The notes below the pieces were generated by a model. That model was not told where the DNA came from. It was given only the letters and a program-made list of their open reading frames with translations, and did not search any database. DNA of 63,747 bases, filler included, from Folioceros fuciformis (taxonomy: Eukaryota), in assembly GCA_049999805.1 (NCBI GenBank). It is 6 parts of 6 records of this genome, joined end to end, with 100 filler letters (N's around TTAATTAATTAA, not from the genome) between each part and the next. Parts side by side here need not be neighbours in the genome. Positions count along the whole stretch, not along the records: positions 21,655 to 48,796 come from JBNGIO010005794.1; positions 48,897 to 58,980 come from JBNGIO010005795.1; 4 more parts are not named here. One strand, given 5' to 3'. Positions 38,257-52,100 of this stretch are shown in pieces. Position 1 is the stretch's first letter; each line of letters begins with the position of its first letter. A program made the position numbers and the translations under genes.

Positions 38257-41200
38257 ATGGCGGATGACGCCCACAAAATCGTTATCCTCTATGCAACACA
38301 GACCGGAAACGCCCAGGATGTAGCAGAGCGCATAGCTCGTGAAGGAGCCCGGCGTCACTTCCGCCTCTCCGTCGCCTCCGTTGCCAACTGGAATCCGGTA
38401 CCAGGCACCAGCCTTCCTTTGCTGCATCGCGATCTGCTTGGATGGAAGCTGGGCGGATCGGAATTTGATGGGTTGCTTTACAGGCTCAACTGCCGTATGA
38501 AGACACGGTGATTCTGGTCACCTCCACCACAGGGCAAGGAGACGCCCCGGACTCTATGATAGTAAGCTGCGGGCAGCCGTCCTGTCCTGTCCCGTCCCGT
38601 TTCCCCTTTTCTTGTTCACGGGAGAAGCGGAGGTTTGGGTGTCGTGTAGAGAAGGGAGCTGACATGAGGAATTTTTGCTTTGCAGGGGTTTTGGAAGTTT
38701 CTGCTGAGGAAGAGTCTTGGACACCGATGGCTGGAAGGACTTCAGTATGCCGTGTTCGGGCTAGGGGACTCAGGGTATCAGGATTATAACGTGAGCACAG
38801 CGTTTTGTCGCTGCTGTTGTTTTTGAGCAGCAGCAGATGTGGTGCAGATAAGGCAGTCGTCCGCCAGCTGAATTGGGATTGTTTGTTTGCAGGTGACTGC
38901 CAAGAAGCTGGACAAGAGATTGCTTGACCTTGGTGCTAAAGCAATCATCCCGAGAGGGCTTGGGGATGATCAGCATCCTTCGGGGTAATCCTTGGGCCGT
39001 GACCATGCTGACAGACCGTGCCTGCATCGTGGATTTCCTGCTGTTGTATTCAGGGTTCTGGTGCATGTGTTTTAGGTATGAGGCTGCACTCGACCCGTGG
39101 TTGGCTGCTCTGTGGGCAGCGATGAGAGAGCGGTTTCCCCTCCCTCTCGGTTTGACTGACCCAGGGCCAGAAGATGTAGGCTCGTTGGACCCTCCAAAGT
39201 TTTCCGTGAAGTATCATAAAGCACGAGCTGGCTCTCAACTGCCTGATATGCCTGCAGATACTAATGCAGGTAGCATGGAGCCAGTCTGGTTGGTTGCAGA
39301 GTCTGTACATGCTTCCTTGAGAAGAGCACAGCAGACTTGCTTGAAGTTGAGTTGATTTGTTAGGTTGAATATGCATGCGTTAAGTCCCTGACACTTGCCT
39401 CAACAGGCATACTTGACAGGTGGACAGAATACGAGAAAGCGTGTAAAATGATGTGCTATGCTGGTGGAGGTGCGCCTGTGGGGGAGCATACAGCCACTCA
39501 GCCTGTCTTTGCAGAATTGGTGAGTCCCTCAGAGGTTGTGTTATTGCTGTTCATGGGAGATGAGAAGAGAAGGGCCCGTAGAGTGAAGTAACTCATGAGC
39601 ATGACGAGCAGGCCAGTCTGTGGATTTGTAGTGGTTGTGACAGGCTGTTGAATGTTGCCCCCTCCACTCTTCCCAGGTTGTGAACAAGCGCCTGACGGCA
39701 GAAGACCACTTCCAAGATGTTCGACACTTAGAGTTTGACCTTGGAGACACTGTAAGACTGCCTTCTTGACTTACCGGAAACTGTCTCAATGATTGGCTGA
39801 TGAGTGCCTGCGAGCTGAACTCGGCTTCATGGATATCCAGGGCCTTCAGTATGAACCTGGCGACATTTTGAACGTCGTCCCCAGTCAAGATGGAAAAGCA
39901 ATTGATGCTTTCCTGAGGCGTTGCAACCTACAGGGGGACGCTCTCATTTCTGTGAGTCAAGTTGCTCTTTGGGGTGGAGGGTGACTGCTTGTAGGTGTGG
40001 TGGTGTGCAAGCGCCATACGGACGGGAATATGATATTAATCGGACGATCTTTCTTCTTTGAATGTGGAAAAATGTCAGGTTGAGGCAGCAGATGGGGAGA
40101 ACGATCTTCACAGTGGGTCTGACAGACTCACACCCAAGAAAGGTGCAGTGGTCAGGTTACGGTCTCTGGTTGAGGCGGTCATGGATGTTTCTTCAGCATC
40201 ACCACGCCGCTACACTTTTGAGGTGGGGCATTGGGCTGGGAGGACTCCCTCTTCAGCCCCTGACACACTACACTGCACTACACTCCACACGGTGGAGCCA
40301 AAACTGGTGGTAACCAGAAAGTTTCTTGTTCCTACAGGTTATGAGCCACTTTGCAACAGCCGAGCATGAGAAGGAAAGGCTGAAGTATTTCGCTACCGCT
40401 GAAGGACGTGACGATCTTTATCAGTACAACCAAAGGGAGCGTCGAAGCTTCCTTGAGGTACCTTGTTTGTCTCCTGGAGCAGCGCCTGCTGCTGCTGGAA
40501 TGTAGCGCAGGATTCGAATGTGTGAAATGTGGGGTTGTAAATGTTGTGGCAGGTGCTGGAGGACTTCCCTTCTGTACAACTCCCACTCGAGTGGTTGCTA
40601 CAACTGGTCCCTCACCTGAAGTCGAGGGCGTTCTCCATTTCTTCCTCCCTGCGACTCCATCCCAACCGTGTTCACCTAACGGTTGCTGTGGTGGAGTGGG
40701 TGACCCCTTTCAAGCGAAGACGACATGGGCTGTGCTCCAAGTGGCTGTCGCAGCTGGATCCTACCAAGGGTGAGAGTCCCACGTCCCGCCATCTCTCTCC
40801 CTTGGGTCCCCACCTCTTTTACTGTGCTCTAACCTGTGAGCCATTTGCCGATTACCAGGCACAGTATTCGTCCCGTGCTGGATCTCCCGAGGCGCTCTGA
40901 AGCTGCCCCCGCCATCCGTGCCTCTAATACTGGTAGGCCCAGGCACCGGGTGCGCACCGTTCAAAGCGTTCGTGGAAGACAGATGTGCGTTGGCGGCGTC
41001 GTCCCAGCCGGTTGCCCCAATCCTCCTGTTCTTCGGCTGTCGCAACCACGACAAGGACTTCCTGTACCGACATGTGTGGCAGTCGTGCAGCAAGGCGGGT
41101 GGTGTTCTGTCGAAGGAAAGCGGCGGTGGGCTGGCTGTGGCCTTTTCCCGAGACCAGGAAAGGAAGGTGTACGTGCAGGACAAGATCGAGGAGCTGGGCA

Positions 41201-41394
41201 GGCAGGTGTGGGATGTTCTCCAGGCTGGAGGCTCCATCTTCGTAGCAGGCTCTGCCACTAAAATGCCCACAGATGTGGGCAAGGCAGTAGAGAAGGTGGT
41301 CGCCCAGGCCACAGGCTGGCCCCTGGCCTCGGCTTCTCGCTGGCTCAAGGAGCTACACAGGTGTGGCAGATATCACGTGGAGGCGTGGTCGTAG
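38257..41394 (+). CDS. NDOR1: NADPH-dependent diflavin oxidoreductase 1 (NDOR1/TAH18/ATR3), about a dozen exons
   Basis: FMN motif ILYATQTGNAQDVAE, STTGQGDAP, FGLGDSGY, QDVRHLEFDL, FAD motif RAFSISSS, GLCSKWL, GPGTGCAPF, FFGCRN, AFSRDQERKVYVQ, C-terminal EAWS*; first exons 38257-38397, 38484-38561, 38686-38790. Confidence 0.93.
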
Positions 41395-41631
41395 CTGCAC
41401 TGGACTTCACGCTCTGGCAGTACCGGACTGCGCCTCCGTCTATGGAGTCCGCACTCCAGCCTGTGTTGCGTCTTGCTTGTCTAAGCCTTCGGGGGGTCTG
41501 TTCTTCATGTTTCTGCTGTGAGCTATCACCTTGCTTTGCAATGCAGACGAACGATTTTTCCTTCCGAGCGCACAGGAATTGTGAGGCTTGCCTTGGGCCC
41601 TGGTGTGGGTGCATGCCAGGCTTGTGTTGCT

Positions 41632-41691
41632 TTTCCTCTCGTCTCCTCCCCTCTCCTCTCGTCTCCTCTCGTCTCCTCTCCTGTCCTCTCC
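41632..41691. repeat. Pyrimidine-rich microsatellite-like repeat (CTCTCGTCTC)n
   Basis: Repeated ~10-bp CT-rich units after the NDOR1 stop. Confidence 0.7.
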
Positions 41692-42818
41692 TTGGGTCCA
41701 TGCGTCACGCAGACAACAGCATGGCTGGCACAAGGATGCCATGGGCGGCCCAGATGGCATGGCCATGCGTCCTGCCTGGGCTCCTTCCTCCGTATCTGTC
41801 ATCGTCCCTCCTCGTGATGTGTGGCATGCGATATGTAAGAAACACATGGGGACACATGTGTGGAGAGCCGGGATAACGGCAGGCTTAGCGGGTGCTCGAG
41901 AAAGCCCGATTCGGGCGGTGGAAATAAGCGAGTTCGGATAAGTGTGGCGCCCGGTTGGGTGGGTGTAAGCGCGCGGCACAGATCACGGGCAGGCCGACCC
42001 GGCCTCAGTCCTAGCCTGCTTGGGCCGGCTTTGCCCAGCCCGGCGTGGCCTGGCCTGGCCCAGCCCTGCCCGACCCGCTCTTTTCCATTCCCCTCGATCT
42101 CTGTTATGTCGGCGCCGCTCCACGTCCTGCTGCGTTGGAGCCTTTCTCTCATGGCCGCGGTAGAGAACTTACGACTGCAGCTGCCGCTGCCGCCCGCTTT
42201 GGCCTCCTCTCGCGTCTCCTGACCCCACGCTGGCCTCCGCATTTGCTGCAGCTTGCCTCGCCACTTCTCCTTCCGGCCGTGTAGGGCTTGCCTTTCTTCA
42301 ACAAGTACATTTCATACATACGTGCCTCGTCCTTCTTCCTCCCCCTCCTCCTCCTCGCGCTCCCGCACGGTGTGCCTTGGTTGTCCTGCCTCCTCCATGC
42401 TATGCTGGGCTGGCTTGGCCACTGTGCCCCTCACCAGCAGCAGCAGCAGAGGCAGGAGCACCAGCAGCAGCTTCCTGCCTGGAACCTTCGTCCGCTTTTT
42501 CTCCTCCCTCTTCCTCTTCCTCTTCCTGTTGTTCATCTTACCCTAGCTCCACCTCGCAGCTCCGGCAATCGGTGGAGGAGGCACCAACGGCGGCACCGTA
42601 ATCGGACAACAGCAACATCGGGGGCAGGCAGTGGCAACGCGAGCGCAAGCAGTGGCCGCCGCAGGACGAGCCTGGCATGGAGGAAGGTAGGGGGATGAGG
42701 GCCACACGTGCGGGGACAGGTGAGTAAGCAGTGTGCAAGCGGCGCGCGTGGCGGAGGGAGGCGGCCCCCAGCGCATTCATTGTTGGAAGCTCCTGGGGGA
42801 AAGGAGCAGGGAGCGAAG

Positions 42819-45800
42819 ATGATGTCCACCACGAAGGTGACGTACTCGTCGGCCAGCTCGGCCAAGAGTAAGCACAGTGTGCGGGTGGCGCAGACGACGG
42901 CGGACGCCAGGCTGCATGCGGTTTTTGAGGAATCCGGGGAGTCGCGGGACTCGTTCGACTACTCCAAGTCCATCGACGCCAGCAAGAGCACAGGGGACAG
43001 CGTGCCCGCGCAGGCGGTGACGGCGTACCTGCAGCGCATGCAGCGCGGGGGGCTCACGCAGTCCTTCGGATGCATGATTGCCGTCGAGGAGGGCAGCTTC
43101 AAGGTGATAGCGTTCAGCGAGAACGCGCCGGAGATGCTGGACCTGATGCCGCAGGCGGTGCCCAGCGTGGGCCAGCAGGCGGTGCTCGGGATCGGGACGG
43201 ATGCTCGGTCTCTCTTCACGCCGGCCAGTGGGACGGCCCTGGAGAAGGCGGCGGGCGCCATGGATGTATCCTTGCTCAACCCCATCTCCGTGCACTGCAA
43301 GAGTTCCGGGAAGCCCTTCTACGCAGTGGTGCACCGGATCGACGTGGGCCTTGTGCTGGACTTCGAGCCGGTACGGCCCACGGACCTGTCTGTTTCTGCT
43401 GCCGGGGCTCTCCAGTCGCACAAGCTGGCGGCCAAGGCCATCTCCCGCCTCCAGTCCTTGCCCGGTGGAGATATCGGGCTGCTGTGCGACACAGTGGTGG
43501 AGGAGGTACGGGAGCTCACTGGATACGACAGGGTTATGGCTTATAGATTCCACGAAGACGAGCATGGAGAGGTGGTGGCGGAGATCCGGCGCTCAGACCT
43601 GGAGCCGTATCTCGGGTTGCACTACCCGGCCACCGACATCCCGCAGGCTTCTCGCTTCCTCTTCATGAAGAACAGGGTGCGCATGATCTGCGATTGCTTC
43701 TCCCCGCCGGTGCGGGTGGTGCAGAGCAAGCAGCTGCCGCAGCCGCTGAGCCTGGCCGGCTCCACCCTCAGGGCGCCCCATGGCTGCCATGCCCAGTATA
43801 TGGGCAACATGAGCTCCATTGCATCTTTGGTCATGGCTGTCATCATCAATGACAACGATGAGGACTTCAACGGCAGGGGGTACCAGCAGAAAGGTAGGAA
43901 GTTGTGGGGTCTGGTAGTGTGTCACCACACAACGCCCCGCTCAGTCCCTTTCCCCCTTCGCTCGGCCTGTGAGTTTCTGATGCAAGTCTTCGGTCTGCAG
44001 CTTAACATGGAAGTTGAGCTGGCTGCACAGCTGAGGGAAAAGCACATTCTCCGCACCCAGACCTTGCTCTGTGACATGCTCCTCCGAGATGCCCCCATTG
44101 GGATTGTGTCCCAGTCCCCCAACATTATGGACCTTGTCAAGTGTGATGGAGCTGCACTCTATTATGGCAAGCGATTCTGGCTGCTGGGCACCACTCCCAC
44201 CGAGGCACAGATCAAGGATATTGCCGACTGGCTGCTGGAGCACCACAAGGATTCTACGGGGCTCTCCACCGACAGTCTAGCCGACGCCGGCTATCCTGCA
44301 GCCGCCGCTCTCGGCGACTCCGTCTGCGGCATGGCTGCCGCCAAGATCACCCCCAAGGACTTTCTCTTCTGGTTCAGGTCCCACACCGCCAAGGAGGTGA
44401 AGTGGGGCGGGGCCAAGCACGATCCGGATGACAAGGACGATGGCAGGCGGATGCACCCCCGCTCCTCGTTCAAGGCCTTCCTGGAGGTGGTGAAGCGCAG
44501 GAGCTTGCCTTGGGAGGATGTGGAGATGGATGCCATCCATTCGCTACAGCTCATTTTGCGGGGCTCCTTTCAGGATATTGATGACAGCGACACCAAGACC
44601 ATGATTCATGCACGTCTGAATGACCTTAAGCTGCAGGGCATGGATGAGCTCAGCACTGTGGCCAACGAGATGGTTAGGCTCATCGAGACTGCCACTGCCC
44701 CGATTTTGGCTGTGGACGCCAGCGGTTACATCAACGGCTGGAATGCGAAGGTGGCTGAGCTTACGGGACTCCCCGTCGCAGATGCAATGGGCAGGTCTCT
44801 GGTTAAGGATTTAGTGCTGGACGAATCTGTGGAGACCGTGGAGCGCCTCCTATATTTGGCTTTGCAAGGTAGTAATGCACACGACTCTTCCCGTGCCTGC
44901 TGCTCGCAATGCATTTCCTTTTTGAGGTGTGAACGTACCTTCTTGCAACACGAAAAGAGTAACCGGACGTCTATGCAGGGGACGAGGAGCAGAACGTGGA
45001 GATAAAGCTGAAGACTTATGGCGTGCAGAAGGACAAGGGTGCTGTTATTCTTATCGTCAATGCATGCTCTAGCAGGGATGTGACGGAGTGCGTTGTCGGG
45101 GTGTGTTTTGTGGGCCAAGACGTGACAGGGCAGAAGGTTGTCATGGATAAGTTCACGCGCATACAGGGGGACTACAAGGCTATCGTTCAGAATCCCAACC
45201 CGCTGATTCCGCCCATTTTCGGCTCCGACGAGTTTGGTTATTGCTCCGAGTGGAATCCAGCCATGGAGAAGCTCTCGGGCTGGCGAAGGGATGAGGTTAT
45301 GGGAAAAATGCTCGTGGGGGAAATCTTCGGCACGCAGATGATGTGTTGCAGGCTCAAGGGTCAGGATGCCATGACTAAATTTATGATAGTGCTGAATGGG
45401 GCAATGGATGGTCAGGACGCAGAGAAATTTCCCTTTGCCTTCTTCGACCGGCTGGGGAAGTATGTAGAGGCGTTGCTCACTGCCAGCAAAAGGACGGATG
45501 CGGAGGGAGCTATCACAGGTGTCTTTTGCTTCCTCCATACGGCCAGCGTGGAGCTGCAACAGGCTCTGACTGTTCAGAAAGCCACTGAGAAGGTTGCATT
45601 CGCCAAGTTGAAGGAGCTGGCGTATATCCGGCAGGAAATCAAGAACCCTCTGTATGGGATAATGTTCACCCGGAATCTCATGGAGGATACGGATTTGTCA
45701 GAGGATCAGAAGCAGTTTGTGGAGACGAGTGCTGTTTGTGAGAGGCAGCTAAGGAAGATTCTAGATGACATGGACCTCGAGAGTATCGAAGATGGGTAAT

Positions 45801-46631
45801 GCCCTATCTGTTATCGTTGTTGTCCTCTTCGTTGTCCTGATCAGATGAAATAGACGTGCGGCCTTTACACCGGCCAGTGGTGTTTGGCAGCTTGCATTTC
45901 TGACTCACGCGGTTTCTGTGGTCTGAATTCCAGGTATCTCGAACTGGACACGGCAGAGTTTGTGATGGGAACCGTGATGGATGCTGTCATAAGTCAAGGG
46001 ATGATAACAGCTCGGGAGAAGGGCCTGCAGCTGATTCGGGAGACTCCGAGAGAGATCAAGAACATGTGCCTCTTCGGGGATCAAGTCCGATTGCAGCAGG
46101 TGTTGTCAGACTTCCTGTTGAATGCTGTCAGGTTTACCCCATCTTCAGAAGGATGGGTTGGTATTAAGGTGGTGCCCTCACGGAAGCGACTAGGTGGCGG
46201 CGTGCATGTGATGCACCTGGAATTCAGGTAGGAGGGTCCATGTTTTCTTAGATAGACCCTGGAAACCTGGTGCTGCTATCCTTGACGTGAGTTCTCCATT
46301 TGTGGTTGCGCGCGTGGTTACGCGTCCGTTGACATCCGTCTTGTGTGATCCCTTATGCAACACTCTCATACGGCGGAGCTGACGGTGGAGTCGTTTTGGG
46401 TTTTCCAGAGTGACACATCCAGGAGCTGGGCTTCCAGAAGAGCTGGTGCATGAAATGTTTGACAGGGGGCGTGGAATGACCCAAGAAGGCCTGGGCCTTA
46501 GCATGTGTCGAAAACTTGTAAAGCTTATGAACGGAGACGTGCAATACATTCGTGATTCGGGGAAGAGTTATTTTCTGGTTAATGTTGAGCTACCCTTGGC
46601 TCAAAGGGATGATGCTGGCAGTGTGAAATAG
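42819..46631 (+). CDS. PHY: Canonical plant phytochrome; exons 42819-44868, 44979-45795, 45934-46227, 46409-46631
   Basis: [23 protein letters not shown]-terminus of non-seed plant type; [14 protein letters not shown], chromophore site [21 protein letters not shown] repeats, [10 protein letters not shown]; typical 3-intron layout (exon 2 817 nt, exon 3 294 nt). Confidence 0.98.
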
Positions 46632-47589
46632 AATTACGCCCTTCAACTTTTTTATTGCCAGTGCTATTGAGGTTGTGTGTACTGGTTACGACCTCCTCCT
46701 CTGCAGGAGCAGAGGGAGCAATCGAAAATGTGTAGGTTTGTTGTGGCTGCAAAGTTTTGTAGCGCAGGGGGGGATTTACAGCCCCAGTTGGAAAGAAATG
46801 TAAGCGCCTTGTATAGAGAAATGGGTTGTACAGTTGGTGCGCTTCTGTCTGTTTGACAGGTGATGGTGATCGTCTACCAACCCGGTGCGTTCCCGTGACG
46901 TTTTTCACCCATAAAAGCTTGACAGGGGCACTTCCCAGATCGTGCCATTACAGGTGAGGACTCCCTAGCTGTGACTGGAAGGGCTTCATTTTCGGAGATT
47001 GACCATCCCCGGAACCGGACGTGACGCAGAACTTCCTGTCGCTAACTGATTGGGACCTTACAAGTACCCAATCCTGCCCCCGGGACACAATGGGGTGAGT
47101 GATTGTCATGTAAAAATCATTTTCTAATAGTACTTTCGAAATTTCACCAATATAGGGGCTAAAAGTTACTTCCCTCTTAAGCTCGTGAAAAGTAAGTACG
47201 TTTTGGTAGATATTTAATTTTTTAATTCTAATTTGTTTTTCCCTTCACAAGGCTTCGGAGCATGAGCACCTTTGGCCTTTTGTTCGGGAGTCTCATTTTG
47301 TGAGGTAGCTAAAGAGAGTCTCGTTTTGTGAGGCGGCCAAAGAGAGTACAATGAAGTAGGTATAGCTCCTTTTCTTTGTTTTGGATCTTTTGACCTATCT
47401 TTCATTCTCAAGGTCTTTCTTGACCTATCTTTCACTCTCAATCTCAAGCCTTCGGCAATAGTACAACTAACTTTGGATATTTTAATAGAGTACAACTAAC
47501 TTTGGATATCTCATCCTCTCCAATCCTAAGATGATGGTGCTTCTCATCCATCACAATTATAAAATTCACACTTTCTAGTCTCAACTTTT

Positions 47590-48280
47590 TTAGACTCTAT
47601 GTAATTCACCCAAAAAAATACGGTCCCCCATCACAACTGTAAAACTTTCACTTCCTTCCCAGCCTCACAGCCTCAACTTACAACTAGACTCTATGTAATT
47701 CACCTAAAAACTATAGTCCCCCATCACAACTGTAAAACTTACACTTCCTTCCCAGCCTCACAGCCTCAACTTACAACTAGACTCTATGTAATTCACCCAA
47801 AAACTACAGTCCCCCATCACAACTGTAAAACTTACACTTCCTTCCCAGCCTTACAGCCTCAACTTACAACTAAACTCTATGTAATTCACCCAAAAACGAC
47901 AAAGCCCACACCCAAAAAGTTGCTTGATTCGATATGGAAGTTTTGGTCCCTTCATGGCTAACCTCTCTTGCCTTACAAGAAGTTATGAAACTATGGGTGG
48001 CTATATAATCTAACAATATTGCTACATTTAAGCCATTCATCTTCCCATGTATTTACATATAGTCTCCACCTTCTCTCGAAAACTTATAGCTAAACTCCAT
48101 GTAATTCACCCAAAACCTATGAAGTCCATTTAGCTTGCTTGATTCTATATGGAAGTTTTGATTCATTCAAGGCCGAGCTCTCTTGCCTTACGAGGAGTTA
48201 TAAAATAATTGGTGGCATCCTACACCTAAGCTATTCATTTTCCCACGTATGTACATTAAGTCTCCATCTTCCCTCCAAAT
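47590..48280. repeat. ~94-bp tandem repeat (~3.5 copies) followed by a ~215-bp diverged duplication
   Basis: Unit CTATGTAATTCACC...CCCCATCACAACTGTAAAAC...CACTTCCTTCCCAGCC...CTTACAACTAGACT; anchor recurs at ~48098. Confidence 0.85.
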
Positions 48281-48408
48281 AATGTCATCCTTGACACTAG
48301 ATGACCCACGACATGTCTTCACAACATGTGGCCCCTAACAGCATCTGGACTCTTTTTAAATCTTGGCTCTTGGAAAGGTGGATTGGTACCTTGGCAGGTA
48401 CCAAGTTC

Positions 48409-48714
48409 TGTAGGGTTATTAAAGCCCAGTGTGCCTAGACTAATGTGTTTAGTCTAAGATTAGTGTCTAGTTAAGTACCATTAGTCTAGATTAGCTTAAG
48501 CTAATCTGTAGGAGGCTTCTTGCGCAGCTTCCTATGCGCTTCTTGTGAAGCTTTCTAGGGAGCTCTTCTAGAGGGTATAAATACCCCCTTGAGCTCCCTT
48601 TCTAGTGTGACTCTATTGTGAGAGTGTGTCCTCTCTTTCTTCTCCTCCTTGCCTCCTCCTCTCCTCTCCTTCACCGTGTAGCTCCTAGAGCGTTCCTTCA
48701 AGTGGTATCAGAGC
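48409..48714 (+). mobile_element. 5' LTR (~48409-48700) plus tRNA-iMet PBS (48703-48714) of an LTR retrotransposon cut by the contig end
   Basis: TGTAGG...CCTTCA termini, TATAAATA at ~48577, CT-rich R region, TGGTATCAGAGC; LTR start inferred. Confidence 0.75.
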
Positions 48715-48796
48715 TAGGGTGTGGAGCAAGGGTGATGGTGCGCTGAGGCTTTGGAGTGATGGCAGCATCAGAGTGAACTGGACCTTGTGCGACATT

Positions 48797-48896
48797 NNNN
48801 NNNNNNNNNNNNNNNNNNNNNNNNNNNNNNNNNNNNNNNNTTAATTAATTAANNNNNNNNNNNNNNNNNNNNNNNNNNNNNNNNNNNNNNNNNNNN
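48797..48896. other. Artificial contig spacer
   Basis: N44-TTAATTAATTAA-N44. Confidence 0.95.
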
Positions 48897-49181
48897 GGTT
48901 TGTCCAAAGCAGTCTCCACAAAACAAAACAAAACCAATAGTCCACCAGCGGTCAATGATTCTCCATGCATGGTGCGTCCCCCACTCTATGATAAAAAACA
49001 CATGTGCCAACGGCGTGGTTGCAGCAGCTCTGAATTTGAAGAAAAACTCATTAACAAACAACTTGAAGATAAATAACTCACGACTGATTATCAAAGTGTA
49101 GCTTCATCCACTGAGTTATCTGTTCTCCCATGTATTATGTGCCATTCACATATGCTGAGTAATCACCTAGCCCTAAACCAT

Positions 49182-52100
49182 TCATATGCTTATAGTGTTT
49201 TTTGGCTTTGAAAGTGCTTTGGTTAGAATGTCGGCCACATTATCATCTGTTCCAACAAAACTAACCTTTGTCACCCCTCTATCCACAGCATCCCTGATGT
49301 AGTGATGGGATATCTCTATATGCTTGTTGCGTGCGTGGAAACGAGGGTTAGCAACCAAAGCAAGTGCTGACATGTTGTCACAAAGTATGGGGGTAGGATC
49401 CTGTTGTGTCTACCCCAAGTCTTGTAAAAGCCTCCTCTCCCATTCAACCTCCTTGGTGGCTTCAGTGATAGATTTATACTCTGCCTCCGTCGAAGACAAA
49501 GATATGGAGGGTTGTTTCTTGCAACTCCAATTGATGGCAACTCCTGTAAGAAGAAAGCAATATGTGGAGAGGCTGCGACGAGAGTCAGCATCAGACGCCC
49601 AATCGGCATCTGTAAAACCTTGTAGAATGAGTTTAGCCTTGCCACTACACTTATATATGAGCCCATGTGTCAAAGTGCCTTTTAAGTATCTGAAAATATG
49701 CTTGACAACAACCCAATGAGCCCTGCCCGGATGTTCTAGAAACTACGACACTGTGCTTATAAGCATGCTGAATATCTGGTCGGGTCCAATTCACCACAAA
49801 AATGAGACTTTCGACAGCGTGTCTATGTGGAACATCCTGCATATCCAACTGCTCCTCTAGGGTTTGCGCACATTGAAGACTAGTGAGCTTCACACCCATA
49901 GCAGTTGGAGTAGTGGCTGGTCGTGCCTCATCCATATGAAACTTAGTTAAAATTTCCTTGATGTACTTGTTTTAATGTATGGCCATCATCCCATCAGCCC
50001 TCACCAACTAGATCCCTAAAAAAACTTCAAGTCACCAATATTCTTTATTTCAAATTTGTTAGATAAAAGCTGATTGACATGTTCTAAAAGGGTCTTGTCA
50101 TTTGTGGCTAATATTACGTCATCAACATGTAAAGCCAAAATGACGTATGAGGAGACTTGGGTAAGCATATATATATTGGAATCAACAGTACTTTGTACAA
50201 AGTTAATTTCCAATAAGTAAACATGCATGGTAAAGTACCATACTCTACCAGATTGCTTGACACCATAAATACACTTGAGAAGTTTTAAACTTTGTTGGGG
50301 TGTTTAGAATCAACATACCCCTCAGGTTGTTGCATATAAAGTTCCTCCTCAAGCTTGCCATACAAATACGCTGTGCAAACATTCATTTGATGCAGATACA
50401 AATCATGTTCCGTTGCCATAGCAAGTAACATCCTAATGGATTGAGATCTAACCACATGACTAAATGTCTCTTGATAATCTAGGCCTTCAACCTGCGTGAA
50501 TCCCCTAGCAACAAGTCGAGATTTATAACGTGCTATCTCTCCTTTTGAGTTGAGCTTGTGCTTGAAAACCCACTTGCACGAGATGGGTTTTCTGCCAGGT
50601 GGCAAATCCACTAACTTCCAAGTATTGTTCTTGATCAAGGATTGATACTCATCCTCTACTGATATGCTCCACTTGTCACCATCAGAGCCAAATAGGGCTT
50701 GCTTCAAACTGATTGGCTCATCAGGAATGACAGCAGCAAGTGATGTGGAAGTATTGCAAAAATCTATAGACTCATAGGGGGGCTCAATTCACTCGGCTCT
50801 AGGTGGTCTTTGGCGGGTGGATCTGCACAACTCGGGTTCTGGTGGAACTTCTACAACCTGTGGCGATATGACGTCTGGCTCTAAGGCAAGTTCATGGTCA
50901 TCCTAAATAAGGTTAGGAACTACATCTTCCATGAGAGGTTCAGGGTCATGTGTAGGGTCAGGCTGGATATCCTGTGCATCTAAAATAGGCAGAGGGTTAG
51001 CTGGCAACTCATCATCTTGTGGATACACAGCAGGTACCTCATTAGTGTCCTGCTCATCATCATGATCAACTAATGGATGTGCTCCCTCTACTGTAGGATG
51101 TGCTCCCTCAGGTCATAGAGCTTGTATGCCTTGGCAGTCTCGCTGTATCTGACAAAAACAAGGCCCTTTGCTCTCATGTCAAGCTTCCTCCTCTTTTCGG
51201 AAGGGATATAAGTGAATGCCTTAGCTCCAAATACTTGAAGATGCAGTAGGCTAGGTTTACGGTTCCATAATACCTCATATGGTGTCCTTCCATGTACAAC
51301 ACTAGTGAGCACCCGATTAAGAATGTACGTTGCAGCAACTACGGCCTCTGCCCAATATCCTTGAGGGAGACCTGCCCAAAGCAGCATACTCCTTGTCATT
51401 CCTAACAAAGTTTGGTTCTTGCGCTCGACAACTCCATTCTGTCGTTGAGTATAGGGTACAATCAGCTGACGTTGAATGCCATGTTGTGCAAGGTACTGGT
51501 CGAAAGCAGCGTTGACAAATTCTGTCCCATTGTCCGTGCACAGCAGTCTAAGAAGATGACCAGACTGTCGTTGGGCAACTAGCAACCATTCATGGAAACA
51601 AGTGAATGTATCACTCTTCAACTGCATAGGAAAGGTCCATGTATACCTACTATAGTCATCGGTCAAGCATAAGTAGTAACAAGATCCTCCAAGTGAAGCC
51701 TCATGTATCTTCCAAGATATGCCTGCATGGACCAGCTCCAATACTTGTGATGCCCTATGTGCAGGTGCGTTAGGGAAAGGAGCCTCCTTCTTCTTGGCAA
51801 GGATACATGCTTCGCAGACTGTAAGGTCCTTGAAACACTTGGGTAGGGGTTCTCGAAAACATTCCTAGTTGGACATGTCCACCAGCTTTGCTCGGTTGAC
51901 GTGTCCGAGGCGAGCATGCCACAATGCAGCCAACTTCTTCTGGTCCATGTGAGTACTCCCTGTGGAACATACTGTATGAGTAGGCTTGCAGTTGATGTTC
52001 AACTTGTACAAGTCGTTAACTACCACCCCCTCGAAGGCACAGATGCAAGGTGAATCTGCCTTGCTAAAGGAACAAGGCACCTGGTCAGCTTGCATAAGAA

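Noticed and set aside
42708-42818. N-terminal extension of phytochrome, or a neochrome/chimeric photoreceptor
   Set aside because: The ORF-track start is a GTG; homology begins at ATG 42819, and the C-terminus is the standard PAS/HKRD with no LOV or Ser/Thr kinase fusion.
42777-45559. Long antisense ORFs over PHY (262 and 277 aa) and similar ones over EOL1 and NDOR1
   Set aside because: Shadow frames of GC3-rich coding sequence with no recognisable motifs.
47590-47895. CRISPR-like array
   Set aside because: Whole units repeat with no unique spacers, no cas genes, eukaryotic context; ordinary tandem repeat.
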